NCBI GenBank assembly: GCA_018382475.1
Contig: JAGZPX010000002.1
Span: forward strand, 251,525 to 315,524
Direction: 5' to 3'
DNA from: Veillonella parvula
GTDB lineage: Bacteria > Bacillota > Negativicutes > Veillonellales > Veillonellaceae
Length of the DNA stretch: 64,000 nucleotides
Shown: positions 48,032 to 59,039 of the stretch, in pieces
How positions within the stretch are numbered: the stretch's first letter is position 1
Layout: the number at the start of each line of letters is the position of its first letter
Translations under genes and position numbers: made by a program
Notes under the pieces: model-generated
Database searches by the model: none
The model's input: only the letters and a program-made list of their open reading frames with translations
Told to the model about the DNA's origin: nothing

Positions 48032-49253
48032 GAAGATCCACCCCTCTATATTTCGCCATAGCCGCTACGTCTTTGTCACCGCGACCAGATAAACAAATAA
48101 TAATGATGTCGTCCTTGCTCATAGTAGGAGCAATTTTACGTGCATGTGCCACCGCATGAGCACTTTCAATCGCAGGAATAATACCTTCCAAGCGAGATAA
48201 ATATTCAAAGGCATCTACTGCTTCGTCATCTGTAACCGGCACGTATTCAGCACGACCGCTATCGTGCAAGTACGCATGTTCAGGGCCGATACCAGGATAA
48301 TCAAGGCCTGCAGAGATAGAATATACTGGAGCGATTTGGCCGTCTTCGTCTTGGCAGAAGTACGATTTCATGCCGTGGAAGATACCAACAGAGCCTTTCG
48401 CGATTGTCGCCGCATGTTCTTCTGTATCGATACCGCGACCTGCCGCTTCACAACCGATGAGACGAACACCTTCATCTGGAATGAAGTGATAGAACATGCC
48501 CATCGCATTGGAGCCGCCGCCTACGCAAGCCATAACAGCTGTTGGCAATTTACCTTCTGCTTCAAGGATTTGCTCACGCGCTTCACGGCTGATGATGGAT
48601 TGGAAGTCACGAACGATCATAGGGAATGGATGAGCCCCCATAACAGAGCCCAATACATAGTGCGTATCGGACATGCGATTTGTCCATTCGCGCAATGCTT
48701 CAGAAACCGCATCTTTTAAGGTACTAGTCCCCGTTGTTACAGGATGTACCTTAGCGCCCAATAATTCCATGCGATATACGTTAAGTGCTTGACGTTCACA
48801 GTCTTCAGCACCCATATATACTTCACATTCCATGCCCATCAACGCAGCAATAGTAGCCGTTGCCACGCCGTGTTGACCTGCGCCGGTTTCAGCAATAACA
48901 CGAGTTTTACCCATCCGTTTTGCCAATAACATTTGGCCGATTACGTTATTCAACTTGTGAGAACCAGTATGATTTAAGTCCTCACGTTTTAAATAGATTT
49001 TGGCACCTCCAAGGTCCTTTGTCATGCGATCTGCATAGTATAAAAGGGATGGACGACCTGTATATTTTTTATGTAAATCCTCAAGTTCGTGTACGAAATC
49101 AGGATCATCTTTGTACTTGTTGTACGCCTCTTCCAATTCGATGACTGCATTCATCAATGTCTCTGGCATAAATTGGCCACCAAAGGAGCCAAAATAGCCA
49201 TGTCTTTGTTCACTCATATAACTTACCTTTCTATATACCATTCCTGCTAGCAC
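48024..49253 (-). CDS. trpB: tryptophan synthase beta chain
   Basis: PLP-site blocks ([17 protein letters not shown]). The likely start is ~49217 ([16 protein letters not shown]). Confidence 0.9.
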   Translation of the reverse strand: MLAGMVYRKVSYMSEQRHGYFGSFGGQFMPETLMNAVIELEEAYNKYKDDPDFVHELEDLHKKYTGRPSLLYYADRMTKDLGGAKIYLKREDLNHTGSHKLNNVIGQMLLAKRMGKTRVIAETGAGQHGVATATIAALMGMECEVYMGAEDCERQALNVYRMELLGAKVHPVTTGTSTLKDAVSEALREWTNRMSDTHYVLGSVMGAHPFPMIVRDFQSIISREAREQILEAEGKLPTAVMACVGGGSNAMGMFYHFIPDEGVRLIGCEAAGRGIDTEEHAATIAKGSVGIFHGMKSYFCQDEDGQIAPVYSISAGLDYPGIGPEHAYLHDSGRAEYVPVTDDEAVDAFEYLSRLEGIIPAIESAHAVAHARKIAPTMSKDDIIIICLSGRGDKDVAAMAKYRGVDLHE

Positions 49254-49259
49254 GCCATA

Positions 49260-50858
49260 TTATGGCATTGCTATTGTTCTCACAATATTGGTGAAAGCTT
49301 TTATCTTCTCATTGTCCTTCACGCCTTCTGTTTCAATCCCGCTACTGATATCGATGCCGTACGGTCGAACCGTACGAATGGCACGCGCCACATTGGTGCT
49401 ATCGATACCACCAGCGAGCATAAACGGTCGTTCAAACTCATCTAAGCAAGACCAGTCGAATACTTCACCCGTACCGCCTCGCTCGTCTTTGTGATATGCA
49501 TCAAACAAGAGCATATCAGCACTGCTATCAATCCACGCCTCTGCATCTGCAGCACTGCGAATTTGAACAGCCTTCCAAACCTCTACATTAGTACGTTCTT
49601 TTAAGGATTGGATGAAAGCTTCATCTTCATCACCGTGCAATTGCACCGCATCAAGATTTACTTCTGTGGCAATCGTAACGAGATTTTCTAGCGTTTCATT
49701 GACAAAAATGCCTACCGTTTTAATAAATTCTTGATGTATAAGTGTCGGACTTATATTTTCTGTACTAGTCAGTGTACCTTCATGCGCATCACCAGTTGCT
49801 GTTTCTTCTTGCAATGCGTTAATTATTGTTCCATCTTGTACTACATCAGTTATGGTTCCAGCTTGTACTACATTATTACTGTATTGTTCTGCGTTTCTGT
49901 TATATCGATTTGCGTACTGTTTATGTAGTTCTTCAACTAAGGTTTTTGCTTGGTCAACAGTGACTTGTCGTTTACTTGGTGCAAATACAAGGCCCATATA
50001 ATCAGGCTTTGCATCGACTATAGCAAGGATAGTTTCCACTTTAGAAATACCGCAAATCTTAATCTTAGGCGTATAATATGTGGGTCCATAAAGATAGGCT
50101 AACTTTTCAACCTTATTGGGAGAGCGCATGAAGGTTTCCCCCATCAAGGCTACGCCGATATTGTTATCCCGCAATACTTGGATATCCTCTGGCGTTTCTA
50201 GCCCGCTTTCAGATACGAAGATCACATCGTCTTGCACGAGATTGCGCAAGCGCACACTGTTTTGTACATCCACGGTGAAGTCTTTCAAATTGCGGTTATT
50301 AACGCCAATAATACGGGCCCCGCAATCAATGGCCATTTGTACTTCGTGCTCGTCGTGAGCCTCTACTAAGGAAGATAAACCAAGAGAATCAGCTAGCTCA
50401 CGGAACTTTGTTAACGTAGGCACATCTAAGCACGCGCAAATCAAGAGGATGGCACTAGCCCCCCACACCTTCGCTTGGTAGATTTGGTATTCATCGATGA
50501 TAAAGTCCTTGCGAAGCACGGGGATTTTTACGGCACTTGCAATTTCTTGCAAATATTTTTTATCGCCTTTAAAGAAGTCTGGCTCCGTCAAAACAGAAAT
50601 AGCCGCTGCACCTGCTATCTCATATTCTTTGGCGATGTCTAAATACGGGAAGTGCTCAGCAATGATCCCCTTAGATGGAGAGGCCTTCTTTACTTCGCAA
50701 ATAAAGTTGAAGTCTTGCTGACGAAGGGCCGCTTCAAAAGGAAATCCTGTATCTGCAGGCAATGCCAAAGCCGCTGCTTTCACAGACTCTGTAGTTTCCA
50801 CCTGTTTTTCTTGGGCTACCCGAATTTTGGTAGCCTCTATAATCTTATCTAAAATCAA
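49260..50858 (-). CDS. trpCF: bifunctional indole-3-glycerol-phosphate synthase / phosphoribosylanthranilate isomerase (TrpC-TrpF fusion) with a ~55-aa insertion in the TrpF half
   Basis: N-terminal IGPS (FICEVKKASPSKG), C-terminal PRAI (KICGIS ... VQLHGDE). 532 aa. Confidence 0.85.
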   Translation of the reverse strand: MILDKIIEATKIRVAQEKQVETTESVKAAALALPADTGFPFEAALRQQDFNFICEVKKASPSKGIIAEHFPYLDIAKEYEIAGAAAISVLTEPDFFKGDKKYLQEIASAVKIPVLRKDFIIDEYQIYQAKVWGASAILLICACLDVPTLTKFRELADSLGLSSLVEAHDEHEVQMAIDCGARIIGVNNRNLKDFTVDVQNSVRLRNLVQDDVIFVSESGLETPEDIQVLRDNNIGVALMGETFMRSPNKVEKLAYLYGPTYYTPKIKICGISKVETILAIVDAKPDYMGLVFAPSKRQVTVDQAKTLVEELHKQYANRYNRNAEQYSNNVVQAGTITDVVQDGTIINALQEETATGDAHEGTLTSTENISPTLIHQEFIKTVGIFVNETLENLVTIATEVNLDAVQLHGDEDEAFIQSLKERTNVEVWKAVQIRSAADAEAWIDSSADMLLFDAYHKDERGGTGEVFDWSCLDEFERPFMLAGGIDSTNVARAIRTVRPYGIDISSGIETEGVKDNEKIKAFTNIVRTIAMP

Positions 50859-50861
50859 TGG

Positions 50862-51872
50862 TTACACCTCTTGGGTTGCTTTCACAAACTGTTCCATTGT
50901 CGCAAGCGCCTTGCCAGAGTCGATCATGTGTTTCGCCTCTTCAATGCCCTCTGCTAATGTAATGCTGTCTTTCGCAAGATAAATCGCCATGCCTGCGTTA
51001 AGAACAACCGCAGTGCGTTTACCGCCTTTCTCACCACCGAGAACGCGGCGAGTAATCTCAGCATTCACTGTAGCATCGCCACCTTCAAGCTCGGTTTTAT
51101 CAGCATATTCGAAACCATATTCTTTAGGATCTAATTCGTAGCTTATGAAAGTACCATTATTAATTTCGCATACATAGGTTTTATTGGTAGCCGTAATCTC
51201 ATCAAGGCCGTCAAAGCCGTGTACCACAGCACCGCGTTTAACGCCAAGGTTAGCCAATACGCGAGCCAATGGCTCTACTAAGGATTTATCGTAAACGCCC
51301 ATCAACTCAACCGTAGCACCCGCTGGATTTGCCAAGGGTCCAAGGATGTTAAATACTGTACGAACGCCCAACGCTTTACGTACAGGACCTGCATACTTCA
51401 TAGCTTGGTGGTATACAGGAGCGAACATGAAGCACATATTCGCTTTGTTAAGCACTGCCTCGTTTTGTTCACCATTAAGCTCTAATTTAGCCCCCAACGC
51501 TTCGATTAAGTCAGCAGCACCACATTTACTAGATACACTGCGGTTACCATGCTTTGCTACAGGAATACCTGCGGCGGAAATAATGAACCCAGACGTAGTA
51601 GAAATGTTGAACGTATTCGCTTCATCACCGCCAGTACCTACGATTTCCACAACAGTGCCCTCGTGAGGAACAGAACCAGCCTTCTCGCGCATAACCTCAG
51701 CAAACGCCGTAACCTCATCTACAGTTGGGCCTTTCGCTGCAAGGGCGCATAAGAAACCAGCCATAGGAACCTCGGCTACATCGCCGCTCATAATTTTGTT
51801 CATTGTATCTTTAGCAAGGTCGTAAGATAAATCCTGACCATGCGTTACTGCATATAATGCGTCTTTAATCAT
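50862..51872 (-). CDS. trpD: anthranilate phosphoribosyltransferase
   Basis: TrpD blocks (VGTGGD, NTFNIST). 336 aa. Confidence 0.9.
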   Translation of the reverse strand: MIKDALYAVTHGQDLSYDLAKDTMNKIMSGDVAEVPMAGFLCALAAKGPTVDEVTAFAEVMREKAGSVPHEGTVVEIVGTGGDEANTFNISTTSGFIISAAGIPVAKHGNRSVSSKCGAADLIEALGAKLELNGEQNEAVLNKANMCFMFAPVYHQAMKYAGPVRKALGVRTVFNILGPLANPAGATVELMGVYDKSLVEPLARVLANLGVKRGAVVHGFDGLDEITATNKTYVCEINNGTFISYELDPKEYGFEYADKTELEGGDATVNAEITRRVLGGEKGGKRTAVVLNAGMAIYLAKDSITLAEGIEEAKHMIDSGKALATMEQFVKATQEV

Positions 51873-51929
51873 TTTATATCTCCTTTTGAGGATATCTATT
51901 AAATTGATGCCAAATCTACCTAGTCGGTA

Positions 51930-52345
51930 ACGATTGGGTCATGACCTCAGCCTCCAAGTGGCCACCCCCCCGCTATGCGGGGCGCCAAGTCGACTTCGCA
52001 CATAACCCAATCGTATTTATTCAGCTAAAAACCATACCAATTTAATAGATACCCCTCAAACAAACTATTATCAAATGATCCTGCACATTATATGGAGTAA
52101 CGTACAGGTCATTTCTTTATAGGGTGGTGGGAATGGTGGTGCTTTGCACCACCTCTTTCTATATTAGAGGTTCTGATTCGCATATTTCTTTAGAAAAATA
52201 TAGTTACTGTTCGATATATATATATATTGTAGAGGGGCTATTAAGTAGGTAATGCCAAGGTTGAGTTGGCAGGAAATAAGGTCTTAAGGAGCGACTTGGC
52301 GGCCCCACGTAGTGGGGTGGGTGGCCATCGGAGTTCCGAGAGACC
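51930..52345. repeat. inverted-repeat-bounded non-coding element inside the trp operon (MITE-like or structured RNA)
   Basis: A ~50-bp imperfect terminal inverted repeat (ctccaagtggccaccccccgctatgcggggcgccaagtcgac versus the reverse complement of gacttggcggccccacgtagtggggtgggtggccatcggag) brackets ~280 bp of non-coding DNA. The 530-bp trpD-trpG gap is otherwise unexplained. Confidence 0.45.
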
Positions 52346-52403
52346 TTATTTCTGCCTTACCGTACTAGTAACTAATAATAGCTCCTCGAATACAAAACAG
52401 TGG

Positions 52404-52970
52404 TTATTTTTCTAAGAAATTGCGAATCATTTGTTCCCCGTTCGGTGTCATGATGGATTCCGGATGGAATTGCACTCCATATATCGGGTAGTCTTTGTGT
52501 TCCACGCTCATTACTTCGCCGTCATCGGTAATGGATGTGACAATGAGTTCACTTGGCATGGTTTCGTCGATAATCGCCAAGGAGTGGTATCTAGCGACTT
52601 CAAATTGTTCTGGCAAGCCCTTAAGGATTTTGGATGGGTTTACTTGTTTGGCTACGCTTTGTTTGCCGTGCATAACTTGTTTTGCGTAGGAAACGGTACC
52701 GCCGAATACTTCGCCAATGGCTTGGTGTCCCAGGCATACGCCGAGGATTGGGAATTCACCTTTGCATTCGCGCAATAGGTCTTCGTATACGCCCGCATCA
52801 GCTGGTCTGCCAGGTCCTGGTGAAAGTATCACATAGTCTGGTTTTAAAGCGCGGATTTCTTCAACTGTTAATTCATCACTGCGGATGACTTTAATGTCTG
52901 GATCGATAGAGCCTACTAATTGATATAGATTAAAGGAAAAGCTATCGTAATTATCTATAAGGAGTACCAT
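52404..52970 (-). CDS. trpG: anthranilate synthase component II (glutamine amidotransferase)
   Basis: Class I GATase triad region (LGVCLGHQAIG, QFHPES). 188 aa. Its stop overlaps the trpE end. Confidence 0.85.
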   Translation of the reverse strand: MVLLIDNYDSFSFNLYQLVGSIDPDIKVIRSDELTVEEIRALKPDYVILSPGPGRPADAGVYEDLLRECKGEFPILGVCLGHQAIGEVFGGTVSYAKQVMHGKQSVAKQVNPSKILKGLPEQFEVARYHSLAIIDETMPSELIVTSITDDGEVMSVEHKDYPIYGVQFHPESIMTPNGEQMIRNFLEK

Positions 52971-54487
52971 TATTCTACCTCCTGTGCATCTGTAATTGCG
53001 GAAATCATGGATTGGCCTTTGATTAAGGTTTCATTAAACTCGCTTTCAGGAACACTATCTCGAACGATGCCTGCGCCAGCGCGAACATAGACCTTACCGC
53101 CTTTATTCATAGCCATGCGAATACCGATACATACATCCATGTTACCAGAGAAGTCGATGTAACCTACGGCGCCGCCGTATACGCCGCGCGGGCTTTTTTC
53201 AAGTTCGTGTAAAATTTCGATAGCACAAATCTTAGGCGCCCCAGACAAGGTGCCTGCTGGCAGTGTAGCACCGATAGCATCCAGTGCATCTTTGCCGTCT
53301 TGCATGTCGCCGCTTACAGTAGATGTAATATGGATGACATGGGAGAAACGTTGCAACATATGTAACGCCTCTACTTTTACGGAACCGAATTTAGAAATTT
53401 TACCTAAATCGTTGCGACCAAGATCAACGAGCATATTATGTTCAGCCAATTCTTTTTCGTCATTGATAAGTTTTTCTTCAATAGCAAGGTCCTCTGCTTC
53501 ATTTTTGCCACGGCGCATCGTACCTGCAATTGGGAAGGTGTACATTTTACCGTCTGTCAGTTTCACCAAGGTTTCTGGAGAAGCCCCTGTGAGCTCTACA
53601 TCGCCACCAGATAGGTAGAACATGTACGGAGATGGGTTCAAGGTACGCAGTACGCGATACGCGTTTAACAAGCTTCCCTCAAACTCCGCTTCGCGGCGGT
53701 TAGATACAACACATTGGAAGATATCCCCTTCCTTGATGTAATGCTGCGTCTTTTTGACAACAGCTTCGAACTCGTCCTTTGTGAATTCAGAAGTAAACTC
53801 TGTTTTAAGAACGCCTTTGGGCACATCCGCCTCTTTGCCGTTTACAACGAGATCAGCTAGGGCTTTCAATTCGAGCTCAGCCTTGTTGTAGTTGCGTTCT
53901 AGATCATTTGTGCTGATGTTAGCAATCAAGTAAATTTTATTTTTGTAGTGGTCAAAAGCGATAACCTTATCAAAGAGCATAAGGTCTACATCGTTCACCA
54001 TCGCAGGGTCATCATCTGGCGTTGGAAAATCCAATGTTGGCTCGATGTAGCGAATATATTCACATGCGAAATACCCTACAAAGCCACCTGTGAAGGTTGG
54101 TAACTCTTCTAAACGAGGACTTTTATATTGGCTCAAAATATTGCGAATCTCTACTGCAGGATTAGAACACTCAAAGGTACGTGTCGTACCGTCTTTGATG
54201 GTCATTTTATGATTTTTGCAGAATAGCTCAATCTTAGGATCGTAGCCCAAGAAGGAGTAACGGCCCCAATGATTACTATTATCCGCACTTTCAAGTAAGT
54301 ACGTATGACTGCTCACTTGTTTTAACGCTTTCAACACGCTAATCGGTGTGCGTACGTCGGATAAAATTTCCATATATACAGGCACGATATCGTAGCCCGG
54401 TGCGATAGCTTTCACACGGTCAAGACTAAGGAAAATCATGAGAACCTCCATCTGGCATTTGCCAATAAAAAAACTCGCCCATGACAA
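52970..54487 (-). CDS. trpE: anthranilate synthase component I
   Basis: Chorismate-binding blocks (GAVGYIDFSGNMD, IRDSVPESE). The likely start is ~54438 (MIFLSLDRV, RBS GGAGG). Confidence 0.85.
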   Translation of the reverse strand: MSWASFFIGKCQMEVLMIFLSLDRVKAIAPGYDIVPVYMEILSDVRTPISVLKALKQVSSHTYLLESADNSNHWGRYSFLGYDPKIELFCKNHKMTIKDGTTRTFECSNPAVEIRNILSQYKSPRLEELPTFTGGFVGYFACEYIRYIEPTLDFPTPDDDPAMVNDVDLMLFDKVIAFDHYKNKIYLIANISTNDLERNYNKAELELKALADLVVNGKEADVPKGVLKTEFTSEFTKDEFEAVVKKTQHYIKEGDIFQCVVSNRREAEFEGSLLNAYRVLRTLNPSPYMFYLSGGDVELTGASPETLVKLTDGKMYTFPIAGTMRRGKNEAEDLAIEEKLINDEKELAEHNMLVDLGRNDLGKISKFGSVKVEALHMLQRFSHVIHITSTVSGDMQDGKDALDAIGATLPAGTLSGAPKICAIEILHELEKSPRGVYGGAVGYIDFSGNMDVCIGIRMAMNKGGKVYVRAGAGIVRDSVPESEFNETLIKGQSMISAITDAQEVE

Positions 54488-54494
54488 TATAACG

Positions 54495-54800
54495 TCAAGG
54501 ACGAGTTTATAGTTCTATTATTACAATATGATTGTATGTGCTATAAATCGCGGTACCACCTTGTTTGAATGCAGCGCATTCCCCTTTCGCAGGATACTAA
54601 CATATCCCTCACGACTAACGCTCGTGTGACGTCGCACCATACTAGGAATGACTGTGAAAGTTCATTCTGTTCCATGCGCCCTCGGTGGTCCATTTAATAA
54701 GCTGCGTACTACGGGTTCTCAGCTAATCCCGCTCTCTGTGAGTGCATTTCCTATTTTTATCTCCACCTCATCGGTTTCTTTCAGGCGAGTATAAAATTAT
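54495..54800 (-). ncRNA. T-box riboswitch leader of the trp operon
   Basis: Minus-strand AACAAGGUGGUACCGCG T-box sequence, a stem I AGAGAGCGGGAUUAGCUGAGA element, and a terminator AACUCGUCC...GGGCGAGUU plus U7 just before trpE. Confidence 0.7.
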
Positions 54801-54913
54801 AATCTGATTATAATGTTTCTATAGAATGAAAGTCAAGGAGTTTTAATTTCTGATTATTGTTCAGCCATAGAAAGATCTTTAACATACAATCTCATATCTC
54901 CATATTTTATGTA

Positions 54914-55894
54914 TCATAATGCATAATAAAAAATACTGTTACTTTCTTTATCATATAACGCAGAGGTTTTATTATACAGCAAATACAATACATATATATT
55001 GATAATAGGGACAAATAAGCCAATAATCCAAAATATACTACTATTGTTATCTCTCAAACGTCTAAAGATCATGATGATAATAGTATATATAAGATAAACG
55101 TATAAAGCATATCGCAGAGCACAGTTTTCGATATTATAATTTAATATCATATTGTATATTATAAACGCTAAATATACATTAAACAGATTCCATTGACGAA
55201 CTGTGCTTCGTCCATTAGGCCAAAGACTGTCAATTAATATGCTTTTATAAAGATCTGTTAAAAGAGACCTTTTATCTTGGCGACTATAAAAAGAGTTTAT
55301 AGCTTTAATTTGAGAGGTAGTTAAATCATTACGCTCACCCCAGAGTACATCTATAACCTTATTACCAAAAATGATTCCCTTAAGTTCAACAGTATTATCT
55401 CGTAACCAAAGTTTCCTAGGTACTACAGAAAACAACAACATTGAACACAAAAGACATGGATAGAATATATCTGGCACATCAACGCCCCATAATATAATAT
55501 TGTTGGACTCAAAAATAGCTTTTCCGTAAGAAAGGTCAAAATGCTTTCCACCCAATAATATCAATAATAAAAATACAGTAATTATGATATTTAACCAATT
55601 AAATCGCTCTTTTTTATAATATTTCAAGCTAGCATAATTTGTAAAAGCTACAAAAAGAATATAAATAACTGTGCCCACATAATATATAATGTCATAAATT
55701 CCTTGAGTATATACTATCTCCGGAAGAGTGGATAAAATAAAGATATTTATTCCTATACCAATAAACACCAATAAGTTTATAGAAAGGTATGTCTGTATAT
55801 TGATTGTAAATAATTTGATCGTCTTTAACCGTTGAATTATTGCTAATAATTCAAACTTAAATTTTATTAATTCAGAATATAAAAGCTGTCTCAT
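54914..55894 (-). CDS. polytopic membrane protein with a C-terminal DUF805-like motif
   Basis: About 9 predicted TM helices. The C-terminal FRRLRDNNSSIFWIIGLFVPIINIYVLYLLY resembles the DUF805 signature. Very AT-rich. Confidence 0.45.
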   Translation of the reverse strand: MRQLLYSELIKFKFELLAIIQRLKTIKLFTINIQTYLSINLLVFIGIGINIFILSTLPEIVYTQGIYDIIYYVGTVIYILFVAFTNYASLKYYKKERFNWLNIIITVFLLLILLGGKHFDLSYGKAIFESNNIILWGVDVPDIFYPCLLCSMLLFSVVPRKLWLRDNTVELKGIIFGNKVIDVLWGERNDLTTSQIKAINSFYSRQDKRSLLTDLYKSILIDSLWPNGRSTVRQWNLFNVYLAFIIYNMILNYNIENCALRYALYVYLIYTIIIMIFRRLRDNNSSIFWIIGLFVPIINIYVLYLLYNKTSALYDKESNSIFYYAL

Positions 55895-56009
55895 TGCTCT
55901 TTATCATATAGCAAGCAGTATAATATTTACATTATTTGAAAATATTATACTTCTCCAATATAAAACTCCTGTTCCTTCATTAACAACCAACACCGCTAAG
56001 ACATTCCAT

Positions 56010-56939
56010 TTAATTATCTATATGCCAAGATTTCTTAAACAAAAGATGATAGCTAACAAAAATATTGATATACGGAATAAAAAGGCCAATCATCCACAAG
56101 CCGCTTAATAGAGAATCGTGAAGTCTACGTATACCTAATGTAATCATTGCGATGGCTGGCCATATTAGGATAATCATAAAGCCCCAATGAGGTATATAAA
56201 GAGAGATGCCAAGATGAACAATTAACGAAACTACAGCAATAGCCATATACATAATGATATCCATAAAAATGCAAGATCCTGTAAGACCAACCCAAAAGGC
56301 TGATACGGAAGATCTGCCATTAACATCAACGAGTTTAACAAATAAAGCATCCCATACACAACTACACATATAGTCAAATCTACTAGCATCCTTACCTTCA
56401 CTAATAGTGGAACTTCGAGCGTAATTAATAATGTAGTTATTATATCTATCTCGACCTTCATCTAAGCCATATTCATTTGAGTCTGGCACGCTAAGAGGCA
56501 AGGCAAAGCAAACTAAGATGAAATACTGCCAAAAGAACCCATCCCAATAAAAGCTTGCATTTACAATAGTCTCAGATATAGACGCCCAACTAAAACTCAT
56601 CCCCCAATACACCCATAAGCTTAGATATGCTATGGGAACCAAGATCATATACCACAAGGATGAACCACAATCATTTAGTCTACGCTTAAGTATAAAAATA
56701 GTTGCAATTATATGTATAATCTGTAGACTTCCAAAATAAATATAAGACAAATACTGACTACCTTGAAGTGGAGTCCCTTGAATAATCCCTATCAACAAAA
56801 CGAATATAAGGTAAGCTAAAAATTTACTAACCATTAATCCACACACAGCCCACAAATATGCTAATCTGCCTATGCGTTGATTCACTCGCAACATTTCTAT
56901 ATTTTGTTTAAATAGTGAAAGTTCATTATCTAACCACAT
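56010..56939 (-). CDS. polytopic membrane protein with two DUF805-like motifs
   Basis: An internal KRRLNDCGSSLWYMILVPI and a C-terminal RRLHDSLLSGLWMIGLFIPYINIF. AT-rich. Confidence 0.45.
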   Translation of the reverse strand: MWLDNELSLFKQNIEMLRVNQRIGRLAYLWAVCGLMVSKFLAYLIFVLLIGIIQGTPLQGSQYLSYIYFGSLQIIHIIATIFILKRRLNDCGSSLWYMILVPIAYLSLWVYWGMSFSWASISETIVNASFYWDGFFWQYFILVCFALPLSVPDSNEYGLDEGRDRYNNYIINYARSSTISEGKDASRFDYMCSCVWDALFVKLVDVNGRSSVSAFWVGLTGSCIFMDIIMYMAIAVVSLIVHLGISLYIPHWGFMIILIWPAIAMITLGIRRLHDSLLSGLWMIGLFIPYINIFVSYHLLFKKSWHIDN

Positions 56940-57004
56940 TAAAATAAAGTGCTCTTCTCTCTCATACCAAAGGATATCTACAAATTAAAACTATGTAAAC
57001 ATAA

Positions 57005-57388
57005 TCAATACAAAAACATATAGATAAAGAATAGTAACAGGAAGCTCAAAAATACTATCAAAATAAGACTATTCTTGTAATCTTTAGATACTTTCTTTTG
57101 AGCAATCTGTATTATTCGACTTACAAGAAAAGAAATGCCAGCAATTATCATAAATCTAAAAGAATTTGTTGTTAGACCTTCAATACAATAATAAGTAAAT
57201 GCAACAATAATCAATAAAGAACTACATATACAGACCCATTTATATAAATTGGGAAATAGCATAAATTCTCTCCTAGCTGCTTCACGCCCAGAGAGTTGCT
57301 TGCCCATAGCATACTTATAATACCCTCTACAATTAAGTATTATCATGGCAAATGCGGCAATTATCAAATCAAAACTAAGTTCTACCAT
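57005..57388 (-). CDS. small hypothetical membrane protein
   Basis: ORF of 127 aa with 3-4 hydrophobic helices. AT-rich, so the gene call itself is uncertain. Confidence 0.3.
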   Translation of the reverse strand: MVELSFDLIIAAFAMIILNCRGYYKYAMGKQLSGREAARREFMLFPNLYKWVCICSSLLIIVAFTYYCIEGLTTNSFRFMIIAGISFLVSRIIQIAQKKVSKDYKNSLILIVFLSFLLLFFIYMFLY

Positions 57389-57737
57389 TATCTTCCCTTC
57401 ACTATTTATATTTTATTAACTCTTATATTAATTTATTCTAATACAAATAGCTAAAATTGAATATATTATCCCTCAAGCAATCGACAAATTCAGAATATTT
57501 ATATTGTTTACGCTAAACACTAATAGTATACTGAGATTACATATGTTATCAGTTCCTACTGATTATTTTGTGGAAAAGAGAGCCTAAGTTTTTATTTTAT
57601 CCATCAACTACTGGATTCAAGACACCATTGCAAATGACACGCTTCCTGACTTAATATTGGGAATGAAGTCAAAAAATATAGAATTACTAATTTTCTGGTA
57701 CTATAAATTGTACTAAGACTAGTGAAGGAGAGATACT

Positions 57738-58916
57738 TTGGAAACGTGGAAACGTACGGTGTATATAAGTTTAATATGTGTATTCTGTACATCCTTTGGG
57801 GTGAGCCAATTAGCACCTATTCTCCCTCTATATTTTCATGATTTAGGAGTTCAAACGCCATCGGCTATGTCTCTCTGGTCAGGTTTAGCAACCGGTGCAA
57901 CCTATTTAATCGTATGTTTAGTGGCACCATTTTGGGGCCGTATAGCAGATAAAAAAGGTAGAAAAATCACATTAATACGATCTAGCTTTGGAATGGCTTT
58001 ATGTAATATATTGCTCGCCTTTCAAACAACGCCTGAAGGGGTTGTAATAATTCGTCTCATACAAGGTTTAGTGAATGGTTTTTATTCTGCAACCATTACA
58101 TTAATTGCCTCAGAGTCCCCCATCGAACGAACTGGCTGGGCACTTGGCCTATTAGCTTCGGCCAATCTAGCGGGCTCTCTAATTGGACCTTTATTAGGTG
58201 GTTATATTGCGGATACCATAGGTATTCGCAATGACTTCATCTTGGTTGGTATACTCATGGGTTTAGCTGGATTATTAGCCACTATATTTATCCATGAAAA
58301 TTATGTACCAAAGCCTAATGTTGAGAAACTGTCTATTAGCAAGCTAAAAGAACAAATTCCTGAATTTAATAGTATTGTAGCATTGTGTGTAGCATCATTT
58401 ATTTATGCTATATGCATCATGTCCTTACAACCTGTTATCTCCGTATATATTAAAGGCATTGTTCCGAGTAATACTGAAAATCTAGCATTTATTGCAGGCG
58501 CTGTCTTCTCAGCTATGGGTATTGCGCAATTAATAAGTAGTTCTCCTCTCGGTAAATTAGTTGATAAAATTGGGCCTCGCAAGGTATTAGTCGTATCTCT
58601 TATCTATGTAGGCTTATTTAACATCCCTCAAGCCTATGTGACTGATGTTTACCAGCTAGCACTCATTCGATTTTTACAAGGCTTCGGCCTAGGTGGTATG
58701 TTACCGGCATTAAATACCTATCTTTCTTCAAAAACGCCTCGTGAGTTTACGGGACAGGTATTCTCCTATAACCAATCAAGTTTATTTCTTGGTTATTTCT
58801 TAGGTGCTGTCGGTGGTGCAAGCTTAATGGCTTGGCTAGGTTTTACTACCTTATTCTGGGTAAGTGGTGGTCTCTTTATAATCTCTGCCCTCTGGATTGG
58901 TTTTAAACTCAAATAA
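57738..58916 (+). CDS. MFS transporter
   Basis: 12-TM MFS pattern with the G-x-x-x-D-(R/K)-x-G-R-(R/K) loop (GRIADKKGRK). 392 aa. Confidence 0.8.
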   Translation: METWKRTVYISLICVFCTSFGVSQLAPILPLYFHDLGVQTPSAMSLWSGLATGATYLIVCLVAPFWGRIADKKGRKITLIRSSFGMALCNILLAFQTTPEGVVIIRLIQGLVNGFYSATITLIASESPIERTGWALGLLASANLAGSLIGPLLGGYIADTIGIRNDFILVGILMGLAGLLATIFIHENYVPKPNVEKLSISKLKEQIPEFNSIVALCVASFIYAICIMSLQPVISVYIKGIVPSNTENLAFIAGAVFSAMGIAQLISSSPLGKLVDKIGPRKVLVVSLIYVGLFNIPQAYVTDVYQLALIRFLQGFGLGGMLPALNTYLSSKTPREFTGQVFSYNQSSLFLGYFLGAVGGASLMAWLGFTTLFWVSGGLFIISALWIGFKLK

Positions 58917-59039
58917 CACGTATACAAAGCAAAAGAAAACCCTTCTATATATCTGATTGGTAAAAGTTATATGCTCACGCATATGACTCAATCTAATCAG
59001 TATTAGAAGGGTTTTCTTTTACAATATAGTTTTATTAGA

